DNA of 63,754 nt, counting the filler, from Vezdaea acicularis (taxonomy: Eukaryota): assembly GCA_026025075.1 (NCBI GenBank). It is 3 parts of 3 records of this genome, joined end to end, with 100 filler letters (N's around TTAATTAATTAA, not from the genome) between each part and the next. Parts side by side here need not be neighbours in the genome. Positions count along the whole stretch, not along the records: positions 1 to 30,057 come from JAPEUI010000164.1; 2 more parts are not named here. One strand, 5' to 3'. This document shows positions 1 to 11,954 of this stretch, one piece after another. A program made the translations under genes and the position numbers. The stretch's first letter is position 1. Each line of letters opens with the position of its first letter. The notes under the pieces were generated by a model. It ran no database searches. It worked only from the letters and a program-made list of their open reading frames with translations, and was not told where the DNA came from.

Positions 1-47
1 CAAGTCTCGCCAAATTGGTCCAGAGCTAGATCACACGTGTTCCTTCA

Positions 48-859
48 ATGGCTAGTTTGATCATGAAACTGCTCTTTATCTACGTTCCGGTATTGCTTGC
101 AACTTCTGTTTACGCCAATGTTGAAAAGACCATTTTCTTAGGACCACCAACAGTTTCCGAACCGATTGAGCAACTAGATATGTATGACTTAAAGTTAGAC
201 CGAGTATCTCCCTCCCAGCCGTGCCTGAGGACTAAGTTAAATGTGAGCTTTGCCAATGAGGACGCTCCAAAAGGCGTGGAGTCGTGGTTTTTTCTTAAAG
301 GTCTGGATGAGGGTGTCCGATATGAAGTTCGTATTTGCTGGCTTGCTACGGTACATGACACCCATAAAGCGCTCACGTAATGAAAATTGCTTATGAGCAT
401 ATATAGCAACCAACTGCCTTTGAATTGAAGACCCACACCGTAAATGAGCTCTTTAATACTCCTAACTTAGTCCGCTCACTAGCCCTCTTCTCTGAAGGGC
501 ATTCGACTCCTAAAAGATCTCGGGACGATCATCTGCCGGGCTCATCGCTGCTCATACTTCAAATATCGGCTGCCGCCGACTATTATACGACGAACAAGGC
601 TTTAATGGAGTCCCCGCTGCCTGTTGACGTTGATATAAGTAAGGTGGACTTCCCCATATGCCAATCGCAGGCTAATGAGATGGCTTGGCTGGTAGTACTT
701 GACCCCTTCATCTTCAACGTCTTTCCAAAATCCCTAGGACCTACCGCCATCTATATAATCACACTGGCCATTGGTTCGTGGTATCTCTCAAGATTTATAT
801 CAGACTGGTTACATAGTGTTGCTACCGCCCAAACCAACTTGACCCGCAAAGATCTGTAG
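48..859 (+). CDS. Pga1-like ER membrane protein (GPI mannosyltransferase II co-activator family); exons 48-350, 407-638, 696-859
   Basis: Signal peptide followed by ANVEKTIFLGP; splicing GT-AG introns 351-406 and 639-695 restores YEVRICWLATQPT and VDIILDPFIFNVFPKSL plus a C-terminal TM helix. Family assigned from recalled motifs. Confidence 0.65.
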
Positions 860-1310
860 TATGGAATTACAGCCACCTAGTTCACTACATTTAATCCCAA
901 GGAGTATGCTTTTTCCCGGCGGCGCCAAATGCTTGATTTTCATGTACCAGCACCATTTAGCCGTTTGAAGTACCAAAACACACTGTCATGGATACCGAAA
1001 TGTCTAAAGGGCCACGTAGAGTATATTATCTTGATCTCCAAGGCTAAGTCAACGTCTTCGTGGATTCCGAGCATCTCCATCCAAGTACCATATCCTTGGG
1101 CCCCCAACACGCTCCAAACGATAGAGGCGATGCTGATAGCTCTGATAACACGTGAGCATAAAGCTTCCAATAAGGAGTTCAGGAGCCTACCTAACTTCTG
1201 CAGGTAGCTCATTTCATGCAAACTCTCATTATTTAGAGAGTCATGCCTCTTCTGCCGTTTCCACCCCAGGGTATGGAGTTCTGAAGTTGGAACACTTGGC
1301 TTGGATGTCT

Positions 1311-2939
1311 CTAATGATGGGTCTCTGATTCGTCTGAGACAGTAGTGTTACTGTCTCTGATGACTTCTCCTTTTTTGAGAGGCCGGCAATTGGCATTGCG
1401 ATGGAAACAATCGCTTGGAGGAGCTGGAGGCACTGCAGTCCGCTTCCTCTTTCGGTGTCCTAAGCTCGTTGGATCATCAGTCGACTCGGCAGACTTCCTT
1501 GGGGGTAGCTTGGGGATAAGCCTCCTCGAGGATTGCATGGTAACGCGCTGCTGCGTGATGGTGGGGTTTGCTTTTCTTTTGCCGCCAGTCCAACAGCCGT
1601 CACCATTGAGAAATTCGGAGATATTAAAGGGTGTTCTGGGAGCAATCCACACGATCTCGCCACGATCATTGTCGATCTTGCGAGTGCTGTGGAGCCGCGC
1701 TAGCTCTACGGATACCCCTAGAATTTTCTGCCCACCGTTGGCGCGCCTCTCATCTCCACTGTCTAGTTTGAAATTGAAATTACTATGAAAGGTGATCAGG
1801 TGGAAATGAAGTCTTTCACGAGTTTCCAGGCTCCTTTGATTACAGAAAATACAGTAATAACCACATACAGCCTTTGACTTGGATGTTTTGAAGTCAGAGG
1901 ACTGAGAGAACTTGTAAGTGACACCGATCTCATTAGGGTAGCGTCGATCAACCTCATGTTCTATTTGGATCGTCGCTGATGTTCCAGGTGACTGCTCACT
2001 GTCCGGTTCAGATATTAGTGATGAAAGTCGAACTTTGGGTGTAGTTTTGCTGAACTCTTGATCGAATAGCTTTTTGGGAGCCGACCAGAGAACATCAACG
2101 TCCATCCCAAGGGTGGTGACCGGGAGTCCAAGAGGTAAAACTTCGACATCCAACAACGTTCCCTCCGGTGTGCACATTGGCAGCCCGCCCCAACAACTAA
2201 TGATGGAAGGGTGTACGCGGCCGGAATGCCCCGGAATCGCAGTTGACCGCATCGAGGCTTGCGTCATCGAGCTCATATTATCCATAATGGGCCACCATGA
2301 GACCCACCCCTGCGGTTCGACTTTGATGATGAGACTATAATTTTGGGCAAGGGTGAATCTTGTCTGGTCTCCTTTTGTTACTGGGATGTTGTCAATGCTG
2401 GCAGCGTCAAGCAAGAATTCGTTCTCGAGCTGAATTTGTGCATATGGCCTGCCATCCATGGTCTTACCAAGCTGGATTCTTCCTCGACGAGTCTCATGAA
2501 ACGCAATATTTCCAAAATGAAAATTCAAACTTGTATCAAGTCCTTGTAGGATTGATAGAGTGCAGCGGCATTTTGCAGACTGATGGACACTAGTGTTGGA
2601 TTTCGGATCAAATTCGGTCCTTTGTCTTCCACTGTCGTTTGAGTCTAACTTTGTTGTGATGCCCTTTATGTCAATTCTGAGGAGACGATCAAAAAGATGA
2701 TTGGAGGAGCCGTCCAATAAATCATCAAGGCCAGGATGTTTTCCCTTGGATTTGGAGACCCTCAAGCTTTTCTTTTTTCTGACCGATCCAGCCTTGATCC
2801 GATTTGTTGCATCCGCTCTATGAACATTGAGCACTTTGGTAAGGTTTCGATGCAACAAAAAGCGACGGCGCTTTGTCTCAATGAATTCATACAAGCATGA
2901 ATTGGCAGCAATTCGTCTCTGATACTCTTGGTCATTCAT
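1311..2939 (-). CDS. SUZ12-like Polycomb (PRC2) protein with C2H2 zinc finger; 3' end uncertain
   Basis: 542-aa ORF with N-terminal RRRFLLHRNL, zinc finger YCIFC..ERLHFHLITFH, and C-terminal RPLKKGEVIRDS resembling the lead-in to the fungal VEFS box. The ORF stops at that point. Confidence 0.6.
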   Translation of the reverse strand: MNDQEYQRRIAANSCLYEFIETKRRRFLLHRNLTKVLNVHRADATNRIKAGSVRKKKSLRVSKSKGKHPGLDDLLDGSSNHLFDRLLRIDIKGITTKLDSNDSGRQRTEFDPKSNTSVHQSAKCRCTLSILQGLDTSLNFHFGNIAFHETRRGRIQLGKTMDGRPYAQIQLENEFLLDAASIDNIPVTKGDQTRFTLAQNYSLIIKVEPQGWVSWWPIMDNMSSMTQASMRSTAIPGHSGRVHPSIISCWGGLPMCTPEGTLLDVEVLPLGLPVTTLGMDVDVLWSAPKKLFDQEFSKTTPKVRLSSLISEPDSEQSPGTSATIQIEHEVDRRYPNEIGVTYKFSQSSDFKTSKSKAVCGYYCIFCNQRSLETRERLHFHLITFHSNFNFKLDSGDERRANGGQKILGVSVELARLHSTRKIDNDRGEIVWIAPRTPFNISEFLNGDGCWTGGKRKANPTITQQRVTMQSSRRLIPKLPPRKSAESTDDPTSLGHRKRKRTAVPPAPPSDCFHRNANCRPLKKGEVIRDSNTTVSDESETHH

Positions 2940-4463
2940 CTTAGCTACTGAATTTGCTAAAGCGGACTGTCGACTATTTTACATTTCTGCTGGGCGCAGG
3001 ACTTTATATCTCTGCAATCATAAGAGTCTTACTGATCCGGCTCCAAGGAAAAGGTGAAGACACTAAGCTGGGATAAAACACGTGTCAAAGAGCTGATAGA
3101 CCTGAGGCTTTTGAATGAAAGAATTGAGCCGTAGGGTGAGCTAATGAAGGTATGTAAGCTCTCCAATGAAGGAGAACGGAGAATAATGGGGAAACGAAAC
3201 GTATCGGAGCTGGCAGTTTGTGGAGAGGGGGCTAAAAGATTGAAATACACCGGCTAAGCGAAGTAAACTTTCAGTTTGCCATGCTTCAAGACGTCATAAC
3301 ACGGGATTAAGCTAAATTGTGAGGGCTTGAACTGGCTTAAGTCATCTTAGCTCAAGCGTGCCACCGTGCAAGCTACAGTATGGCACCTTAGTAAATCTCT
3401 TAATTGTTGCGCTCTCTCTGTCACAGGCAAAATGCGTAAAGTCACAATTGAATCTACCAGATCAAAGTCTCCTTGTTCGAGTCCTCATAAATATGTGGGA
3501 GGGCGCCATTCGTATCGGCCGCGGTAAATTCAAGCGGGAGGATAGTTGACCACTACCAGGATACGTACAAACTCGACCCCCAATCATCAACCATAGGACC
3601 ATGTAAACTGAACCCTTAGGACAGCAAGATAGTGTTCTCGGTAATCAGAAGGACTATAATATCGTCCACAATGCTATCACTGAGAAATAGATGCCATGGT
3701 GAGTGGGAGATGAGGATTCCAGCAGAAGAAAAGGAGAAATGCTATAATACATATTTGAAAACTGGAGATGATGCTCATACATGCATCAAGCATCAAGGGA
3801 ACAATCCGCAATAGAAGACACCGTTGTGTTGATGTTGCTGTGATTGATGATGGGGGGTCGAAATTGTATGCATTTCGGTGGTGGTCAACTCGCTTGTGTG
3901 ATCAACCCGCTTGTGGAATACGTCAGACGAAGCACAACTTTCTTCAGCCCTACAGGAATTTGCGGGCCAATCGCGTGAACAGCGTTCCTGCAGAACACCT
4001 TTGCCTTCCCGACGTTTGGGGATTCGAAATGATCGCTTCGGTTCCAAAGAAAAGTGCGCCGATGATCTCATAGGTCTGACACGCCCTTGCACTCACAAGA
4101 AACTGCACACTGGCAGCATGGCAGGGTGCAAGATCTCTCAGATATTTGCATGGCTAAGTGCGCATTGCACCCTTCGAAGCCTTCTATTTACGCACTAAAG
4201 TTTGTTGACTCGACTTGGGAGAAATTTTCCAACGCTCTTGTCCCTTGCCTCGGGTTGCCGAATTTCGCTTCCCGACCTCAAGTCGCTGTCGACCTCCCAC
4301 TTTTTTCCCCTCATCTACCCTGTCTTCCCTCCGCTCTGCACTTCTCCAGCATTCGCAGTCCACAACTTCAACTATGCCGACCTGCTCGAAGCCTTACCTC
4401 CTGCTGTGGTTAAAGCATTAGCCATCCTGTCGGCTCGGCTGGGTACCAGCCTCTCTGGCCAAG

Positions 4464-7139
4464 ATGACTCGCACCCGATCCAGCTCACACCCCGCCACAG
4501 TGACGAAGAATCTACGAACGCAACCCAAGCGAAGATACCATGAAATCAGTTCGGAAGATGATGACAGCGAGGAGGTATATACACAGTCTGAAAGTAGTGA
4601 TAATGGACATAGTCAAAAACGCTCACGAGTATCTCGCCAGCCAGCTCGACGCAACCTGTCCACCCGTGCGGCCATTACTGTGGTGTACGATGACACGACA
4701 ACATCTTCAGAGGGGAACACTTCTGCAGACGATAGCAGCGGCTATGATAATGGCTCTCGCAAGCTCAGGAGTACTAGAAATCCAGTTCAACGAAGTGATA
4801 AACTGCCAGCTCGGAAGAGAATACGACCTCCACCTCGCCACAGTCAGGCTGCCAATACTTTGTGGGACCGTACACCTCAGAAGAAGCAAAAACTTGTAGT
4901 TCGACAGACGGGAAGGGTATCCCAGCCAAATTCACCTGACAATAAGCGGAAACCGGCCGGAGCAAAGGTCAACAGCCCTCAAAAGGGAGTAAGCCACGAA
5001 GAATCAGTCATAGCTTGTAAAAAGAGTCCACCGTGGCAAGAACTCCCTTGGTTTATTCTCGAATCTATCTTTACCTTTGCGGCATATCCATTGCAGGGTG
5101 ACGATCTTCATCCAACGAGTGGCATGAAATGGTTGATAGGAGTGGCTGGGCTTTGTAAAGCGTTCTCTGAACCAGCATTAAGAGCTTTACATCGATTTCC
5201 GCCAGTGTTTCCTCTAGGAAGGGCTGTCGAGTTTTTACAACACTTACAGTCATTTGCAGACCATACTCATATACCTTATAAAGAAACCGTCCGTAGGCTG
5301 GATATTGACGTGGAAAACTTGTTATTCTACAGCGGACAGGGGAAGCTAAATCTTGCCCATCTAATCGAATCGACCCCGAACTTACAAGAGCTGGAGATCT
5401 GTCACACGAGTGACCGGCCGCCTTACCGTCACGATGGTCTTAGTAAGAAGTTTCGATGGGTATATCAGGATGAAGTCTTCGATATTCTGGATAAAGGCGG
5501 GATTCGATTGAAGAAATGGAGATGGAACGCACGTATGCACAAGGATGGGGCTTGTGACATGCTCGCAACCATTCATCTTCGGGACGCTTTCAAAACTCTT
5601 GAGGAAGTTTCCTTCTATAACTACTCGATACCTGATGCCCCTCCCTCACTAAAAAATCAAGCAATTGATGATCCACCTACCATCGCAGTCAGTACAGCGG
5701 AGTATATCGCGGCATCGTTGTCAAGTCTAAGCAGCCTTCGATCCTTGCGCTTCGAGACGTGCGAAGTTGTCGATGAAGATCTTTTGCCGCTACTCCCGGA
5801 GAATCTCATAAGCGTTTCTTTCATCAACTGCCCTAATCTAACATCAGATGCGTTACAACTTTTCCTTTTCACTCACGGAAGATTCTTGACAGAGTTGATA
5901 CTGAACCACAACCAGTCTCTCAATCTATCGTTCTTGACAGATCTTGCTGCATCATGCCCTCAGCTCCAAACTCTGAAGATGGACTTACTGTATTACAACA
6001 CTCATTCCACGTTTAAGGATTCTGACCCAGAGTTTGAATGGCTCCTTGCACCTGGCGAGGTACCGACATGGCCATCGTCCTTGATCGACCTTGAACTCCT
6101 TCAGTTGAGGAAATGGGAGACTGAATCGGCTGAGAGCTTCTTCGCATCTCTAATCAACTCCGCATCAGAACTCCCGAACCTGCGAAAGCTCATTCTGACT
6201 GCTTCTTTGAACATGGAATGGCGTGTGCGGGCGACTTTTCGAGACAGCTGGGTTCGTCGACTTGAGCGATGTTTTCGACGTCGAGCGGAACCACCTAACC
6301 CTTATTTACGCAGTTTCGAGGTGTGGGAAGCTCACAAGGCAGAATTGGCCGGCGGTGAAGATCTATGTGTCAAGCGCCAGCTGCCGGAGGAATCTGACGA
6401 GGATATTATTGTCTGGCAGCCTAAGCGAAGCGGTTCTTCTGAGCGGACGCAAGCATGGGATACTGATCGAGAAAGCTGCTCAATGCTACAAAAGAGCAAA
6501 GGGAAGCTAGTCAGGGGAAAGAGTAATGCTCTTCCCTGGGAAGAGAACGTCAAATTTATGGTATTCATCCCGACTCAGCCAGTGGACGTTGACTCAGAGA
6601 GCGATGAGGAGCCCCTATTGCAAATGGTTCAACGGAACCGGAGGGAACCCCGCCCGAGCATGCTGAAACGGGAGCTGGACCTACTGGCGTCGTGCGCAGG
6701 CAAAGACCGCCCAGGTGACTCTTCTGAAGAGCCGAGACGACCGAATGGAGCTACCACAATAGAGCGCGAGCTGGAAGATTTGTCTCGGTCAGCAGGTTAC
6801 GATCGGCCACGTCGAAGTGTTGTTGAACGGATCAATTACTCCGACACGAAACGTCTCGATTACAGTAGATCCGATAGTAAAGGCGTGAAAAGAAAGACTC
6901 GGGCAGGACGCACAGAGAAATTGCACCAGACAAAATACAGCGGAGCCTGTTCTGATTCGACCTCTGAAGATGAGGATGCGTTTCGGCAAGGCTTGTGTGA
7001 TACCGTGAAAGTTGAAATTGGGAACTTGCGACCACGAGAGAAGCAGTTCCGAGAGGCTGACTTCCTTGACTCCGAACCCGAGAGTGATGACGATTGGGAT
7101 GGTGTCGACAAGTCTGGCGACGAAAGAATTGCTTTCTAG
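4464..7139 (+). CDS. Leucine-rich-repeat (RNI-like) protein with F-box-like motif and disordered basic/acidic termini
   Basis: 891-aa intronless ORF; WQELPWFILESIF (F-box-like); LxxLxL repeats (LQELEI, LRSLRF, LTELIL, LQTLKM, LRKLIL); acidic tail EADFLDSEPESDDDWDG. Confidence 0.8.
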   Translation: MTRTRSSSHPATVTKNLRTQPKRRYHEISSEDDDSEEVYTQSESSDNGHSQKRSRVSRQPARRNLSTRAAITVVYDDTTTSSEGNTSADDSSGYDNGSRKLRSTRNPVQRSDKLPARKRIRPPPRHSQAANTLWDRTPQKKQKLVVRQTGRVSQPNSPDNKRKPAGAKVNSPQKGVSHEESVIACKKSPPWQELPWFILESIFTFAAYPLQGDDLHPTSGMKWLIGVAGLCKAFSEPALRALHRFPPVFPLGRAVEFLQHLQSFADHTHIPYKETVRRLDIDVENLLFYSGQGKLNLAHLIESTPNLQELEICHTSDRPPYRHDGLSKKFRWVYQDEVFDILDKGGIRLKKWRWNARMHKDGACDMLATIHLRDAFKTLEEVSFYNYSIPDAPPSLKNQAIDDPPTIAVSTAEYIAASLSSLSSLRSLRFETCEVVDEDLLPLLPENLISVSFINCPNLTSDALQLFLFTHGRFLTELILNHNQSLNLSFLTDLAASCPQLQTLKMDLLYYNTHSTFKDSDPEFEWLLAPGEVPTWPSSLIDLELLQLRKWETESAESFFASLINSASELPNLRKLILTASLNMEWRVRATFRDSWVRRLERCFRRRAEPPNPYLRSFEVWEAHKAELAGGEDLCVKRQLPEESDEDIIVWQPKRSGSSERTQAWDTDRESCSMLQKSKGKLVRGKSNALPWEENVKFMVFIPTQPVDVDSESDEEPLLQMVQRNRREPRPSMLKRELDLLASCAGKDRPGDSSEEPRRPNGATTIERELEDLSRSAGYDRPRRSVVERINYSDTKRLDYSRSDSKGVKRKTRAGRTEKLHQTKYSGACSDSTSEDEDAFRQGLCDTVKVEIGNLRPREKQFREADFLDSEPESDDDWDGVDKSGDERIAF

Positions 7140-8145
7140 GAGATTAGTCAAACGCGCACTGTAAAATTACTACCTCTGCTCTCCGTCTATACGAACTTTA
7201 GCGGGGGGGTCCAACATGGCAATGCACAACGTCTACTTGTGGTCATTTACGCATCTTCACATTCTAACTTACAAACGAATAGATAATGGACTTGTGAGCT
7301 TTTAACGCGCCTACTAGGGTGTATCTTTCCGTCATCGAGAGAGTGTATAACTAGATAACAGCGTTGTGTGGATTGGAGCTTATTATATAGGTGGCTAGCT
7401 AAGGCTTCCGGACAGTTCTAAGGGGGAGATCTCAATATGATGCAAACTCAGCGGGATCTCGCATATGCATGAATGATTCATGTCCGAAGTGAGCACTCAA
7501 TGCTAGGGCAATGGCTGGCAGATCTTAGAAACACCGGGTTAGTGATCAAATGAAATTAAGTTTAGCAAGCGCTCGCTCTATGCCTTCCTGATTTAAGACC
7601 TGATACATCTGAAGGGGGGATGTAATCTCAGTGAATCTGAGTTACAATAGTGATGCCAGCAACGAGAGGACGATCTCAATATGGTTTGGGGTTGTGGCGA
7701 AGTGATCCTGAAGCGGGCTCGGAAGTGGGAAACCAAGCTGACAACTTCGGGAAATGCCGAATGCTTGACTTGTAATGCTCAGCCACTGCCGCTGCCTGCT
7801 GCGCAATTATATTGTCCACTCAAGCTGTGGAATGAAATGTAGGGTTCGTATGTATGACGAATGCCTCCACAAAGTATATCTCTTGCATTGTTGCGCTACC
7901 TCGTTTGCATTGCTTGGACATCGAATAAGGTTGGCAGTCGTGATTATCCCGAGACGTAGTGGGGCCGTTTCGACCCCACCATCCCGCATCGCGTGCTGAG
8001 TCCTCTTCAGCCCTTAGTTACGTCTGATTAGTGCGGCACGAGCACGAAACCTTCTTCCGACCTTCTCACCGCTTACTATTCATCTCATTTATCACTGATC
8101 CCACCGCATCTGCTCTCTTGTGTTTCTGTTCACTTCCTTTGCGTT

Positions 8146-9882
8146 ATGGCTGAACCAACGCCAGCTCAACCACATGCTCCTGATACAATCCAGGAGGGCC
8201 CATCGGAAGCCCCCCCGCAACTGCCCGAAGGATGGTAAACAACCGTAGTACTGTAAAACCTCTAGCGACTTTAGGCTCACTCTCATTAGGATAGCACAAT
8301 GGGACGGATCATCTCGAAAGTACTATTTCGTTCAGCTTAGCACGGGCGTATCACAATGGGAAGTTCCCACGCAGGCAGCACCTGGCGTTCCCTCGCCAGG
8401 TGTCACGCCGAATCCTACTACGGATCCTTATCAGCAACCACCGGAGACCCAGGCGGCTGCTGTCGGGCCAGATGGGACAACAGTCATTAAGAATGCAGAT
8501 GGTACGACGGAAGCGTATGCTGGATCTGATAGGGGGCTTGGAGTGAGTACTGACTATTCATGCCGCTTAGGGTGAGGTACTAATGGATTGCGATTAGAGT
8601 ATGGCACTCAACATGCTTAGCGGTAAACCCCAAAAGCAAGGACATAGTGGGGGGATTGTAGGGTCTTTAGCGAGTTCTTTACTCAGTGGTGGCTCAAAAC
8701 CTCAGGGAGGCTCAGGTGGGAGTGGCGGTGCTGGAGGACTGATAGGCTTGGCATCTGGCTTCTTGGGTAGCAAACCCCAAAAGCCGCCTGGTGGATCTAC
8801 AGCTCCACCAAGTGGTTCAAGTGGTGCAAGTGGCGGTCTTGGCGGTATGGCGTCCAGCTTCTTCAGCGGGCACGGCGGCCAGCATGGACCTGTAAGAATC
8901 ACTGGTGCTTTGATGAGACACAGTGCTAATGAATCAGTCGGGACAAAACGCCTATGGTTACTCTTCCAGTGGTAGCGAGCACGATAGCTATAGCGGCCAA
9001 GCTCCTCCATCTAATTACCAAGGGGCAAATCAGTCAGCCCCCCCACCAAATTTGTACAGTACATCGGGACCACCCCAGCAACACCAGCCACAGCAACAGC
9101 AGCCGAATCTTAGCGGCACTCCAAGTGCTCCTCATCAACAGGGTGGTTTCAATGCGCAGCAGCCTCCGTATGGGCAACCGCCCCCCAATCAGTATGGCCA
9201 GCAGCCGCCTCCCCATCCACAAGGCCCGCCAGGGCAATATCCTCCGCCACCAGGTCAAGGAGGTATGAATCAGTACGGGTCTCCAGCGCCTGGTCCCGGT
9301 GGGCCTAACCAGTACAACTCTCCGCCCCCCAACCAGCAACCTGGTCAGGGAGGCCAATACCCGCCACCCCCGCCTTCGAGCAGGCCAAATGGCTACGGCC
9401 AACCACCGCCAGGGCAATACCCGCCTCCACCTTCGTCCACCGGACCAGGTGGATACGGAGGCCCGCCGCCCCAGGGCCAACCACCCTATGGACAGCCACC
9501 CCAGCAGGGAAACATGGGTCGCCCACCTCAAGGGCCTGGGATGGGAGGACCCTCACCAAACCCAAACATGGGAAGACCACCTCCAGGACCGGGTGTGGGA
9601 CCGGGCCCTCAGCAACCATACGGCCATCCGCCGCCTGGGCTAAACATGGGACGACCACCGCAAGGAGGAGGCCCAGGCGGTCCGGGCGGACCGAACATGG
9701 GACGCCCCCCTCAGGGACCGCAGTATGGTGGCCCGCCGCCGCCTGGTGGACCGGGTGGTCAAGGACCGCCAGGAGGCCAGTATGGGGGACCGCCGCCGCC
9801 TGGCGGACCGGGTGGACAGGGCCAGTCGCCTTATGGAGGTTATGGAGCACCGCCCGCTCCGGCTTGGAATGCGGGCCGATAG
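8146..9882 (+). CDS. WW-domain protein with Gly/Pro/Gln/Tyr-rich low-complexity C-terminus; exons 8146-8234, 8290-8542, 8598-8891, 8938-9882
   Basis: Splicing gives LPEGWIAQWDGSSRKYYFVQLSTGVSQWEVPT (WW consensus). Three GT-AG introns keep the frame into the 8601 and 8923 ORFs. Confidence 0.85.
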
Positions 9883-10187
9883 GAAGTTGACTGCTGAAGC
9901 TTCAAGATTTGTCTACTTGTATTACCGTCTTTTTTCTTACTGCTAGCTGCGACAGTGTAGATATCGAGTCGTATGCAATCCATATATCTCTTTGTTGCGA
10001 GGAGTGGGGTCGCACAAGCCTTTGTACACCTGGTAGGTGATGACCGCGTGATCGCCTGAGTAGTTGAAGATCTGGAGGTGTTTTCTTTCCTTTCGTTGGC
10101 TGTTTGATGCGCGCAGAACTATCTATTGCAAGCTTGAAAATATCTAAAGGACTAAAGCTCCACCTCTCGCTGAAATGAAGAGTCTGA

Positions 10188-11228
10188 CTAGCCAACCACG
10201 CACTTGATGACATACCTGCCCGCCCCCGCACTCTCCCCAACGATCCCCCCACTCCCCTCGGTCCACTCATCCTCATCTCCGCGCTCTCCCACGACCCACT
10301 GAATCGTCTGCACCATCGTCTCGCCATTATTGTCGAACCACTCGCCCAGCCCCTCCACGTATTCCCTGACCGCCCTCTTCCCGCGCTCCCGAACCCTATC
10401 CCTCAGCCAAAGCAGCTGCCCCGGATCCAACTTCGCCATATCCTGCACGATATAGTAGTGATTGACCTCATCGCCCCAACCCTCCGCAGCGGCATCGAAT
10501 TTCCGCGCCGGCACACAGCTCCTGTGCGAATAGAACTGGGCCTGAAACGTGTCTAATGCGATGAAGTCCCTAGACAGCGGCAGTGGTGGCGGCGCAAATA
10601 CGATCAACCCCGTGTCGCCCCCCTCACGTGCCTTGCGGATCACGTCACCGTTGCTGAGGCAGATCTCACCGCCGATAACGGAGGAGATCATACCCAGGAC
10701 GTCGTGGATCTCGGTCAGCTCGCCGAAGCTCCAGTTGCGCACTAGGGCCGCCCGCTCCTGGATTATTATCCGACTGAGGCGGGACTCGCGCGGGTAGCGT
10801 GCGTTATGGAAGGCGAGAGAGTATAGCCAGATGCGGTAAATGGCGCGGCGGACTTTGTACTCTTCAGCAGAGGTGAGCAGGCGCCGGGAGGCGTAGTCAG
10901 TCGACCAGTGCGCACTGGGATATATAGCAACCCACTCAGTCGCTACACGGCCGAGGCGAAGTAGCGAGGTGAGTAAGGTGCGGGAGATTGGTACGTTGCG
11001 AGGAATGTGGGGGCGTTGAGTTGCATTGTGTGTTGCGAGTTGAATCAGGTCGGGAAGGGGGCCATACTGGGTGCTGATTGCTTGGGTGAGGATTTGGAGG
11101 TTCTTAGGGCCTTTGTAGATGGCGTGGAAGTGATGGGAAGTCGACGCTAAGGCCAAAACTGACTCAAGTGTGGGCAGATGCAGGAAGACCTGCGTGATGA
11201 GCTCGGTGGCTAGTTCGTCGAGCGGCAT
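10188..11228 (-). CDS. F-box-like domain protein (conserved fungal hypothetical)
   Basis: From ATG 11228: MPLDELATELITQVFLHLPTLESVLALASTSHHF (F-box-like), then RRAIYRIWLY and EGWGDEVNHYYIVQDMAKLDP; intronless. Confidence 0.75.
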   Translation of the reverse strand: MPLDELATELITQVFLHLPTLESVLALASTSHHFHAIYKGPKNLQILTQAISTQYGPLPDLIQLATHNATQRPHIPRNVPISRTLLTSLLRLGRVATEWVAIYPSAHWSTDYASRRLLTSAEEYKVRRAIYRIWLYSLAFHNARYPRESRLSRIIIQERAALVRNWSFGELTEIHDVLGMISSVIGGEICLSNGDVIRKAREGGDTGLIVFAPPPLPLSRDFIALDTFQAQFYSHRSCVPARKFDAAAEGWGDEVNHYYIVQDMAKLDPGQLLWLRDRVRERGKRAVREYVEGLGEWFDNNGETMVQTIQWVVGERGDEDEWTEGSGGIVGESAGAGRYVIKCVVG

Positions 11229-11954
11229 GTTGAAAAGTCCGAATGCTGCTTTGGCTATGTGGAGGTTGATTGACGATGCTGTTTTTGGTCTTTTTATGTT
11301 TTCTAGTTTTTTTCTGTTCACGAAGTTGAACGGATGCTAATTATTTTCTGGACAAATAACTCGATTTTCTTCTCTTCTTGTCACTGCAATCCTTCTGAGA
11401 AGAACTGAGGCGGGTTGGTATAAGGTGGTGGTCGGCGCGGTAACTGAACCTTCAAGCTCGAAACCAGCGCAGACGCGCTCTCTCAGGGGTCTCAACTAGG
11501 ACCGACCCCTCCCTGGGGGCTATATGAGGGTGCAGACTCATCATGAGCAAGCTCAGAGGTCTGCAAGGAGGTGTTTGAAGGCATTGCCAGCCCGAAGGAG
11601 CTGGAGATCTGTGTTCTCGTCATGGTCGTGTGTGGTGGAAAGGAGAAGGGAGAGAATGACTCGCCTCTTCTCGAGCTTTGAGAAATTTTGTCTCACCGCT
11701 TTTGCTGACGTAACGGTCGGAACAGAGCTACTCGGCAGAAAAAGCTTGTTCGTCTATTGTTGCCCCCTATTCCCGACAACAAGGCTGGGCCTTTAGTTTG
11801 ATCACCAGTCTTGAAACATCTGGTGCCACTCATGATGGTTTGGTTGTAGCTCTGAGTAACTAGATAGAATCTCAGTATATCTATCTTGCTTTTGCCCTTT
11901 ACTTACCTTGTTCTTTGCCTCTTCGTGACGTTTGCTCAACAGCCAGCTGCTTCT

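Noticed and set aside
9034..9850. Antisense ORFs over the Pro/Gly-rich exon (similar shadows over DUR3, TRM61 and the RGS gene)
   Set aside because: Shadow ORFs caused by codon bias of the real gene on the opposite strand.
11400..11480. Possible tRNA-like sequence
   Set aside because: No cloverleaf or properly placed A/B boxes on either strand; no tRNA or rRNA gene was recognised anywhere in the window.
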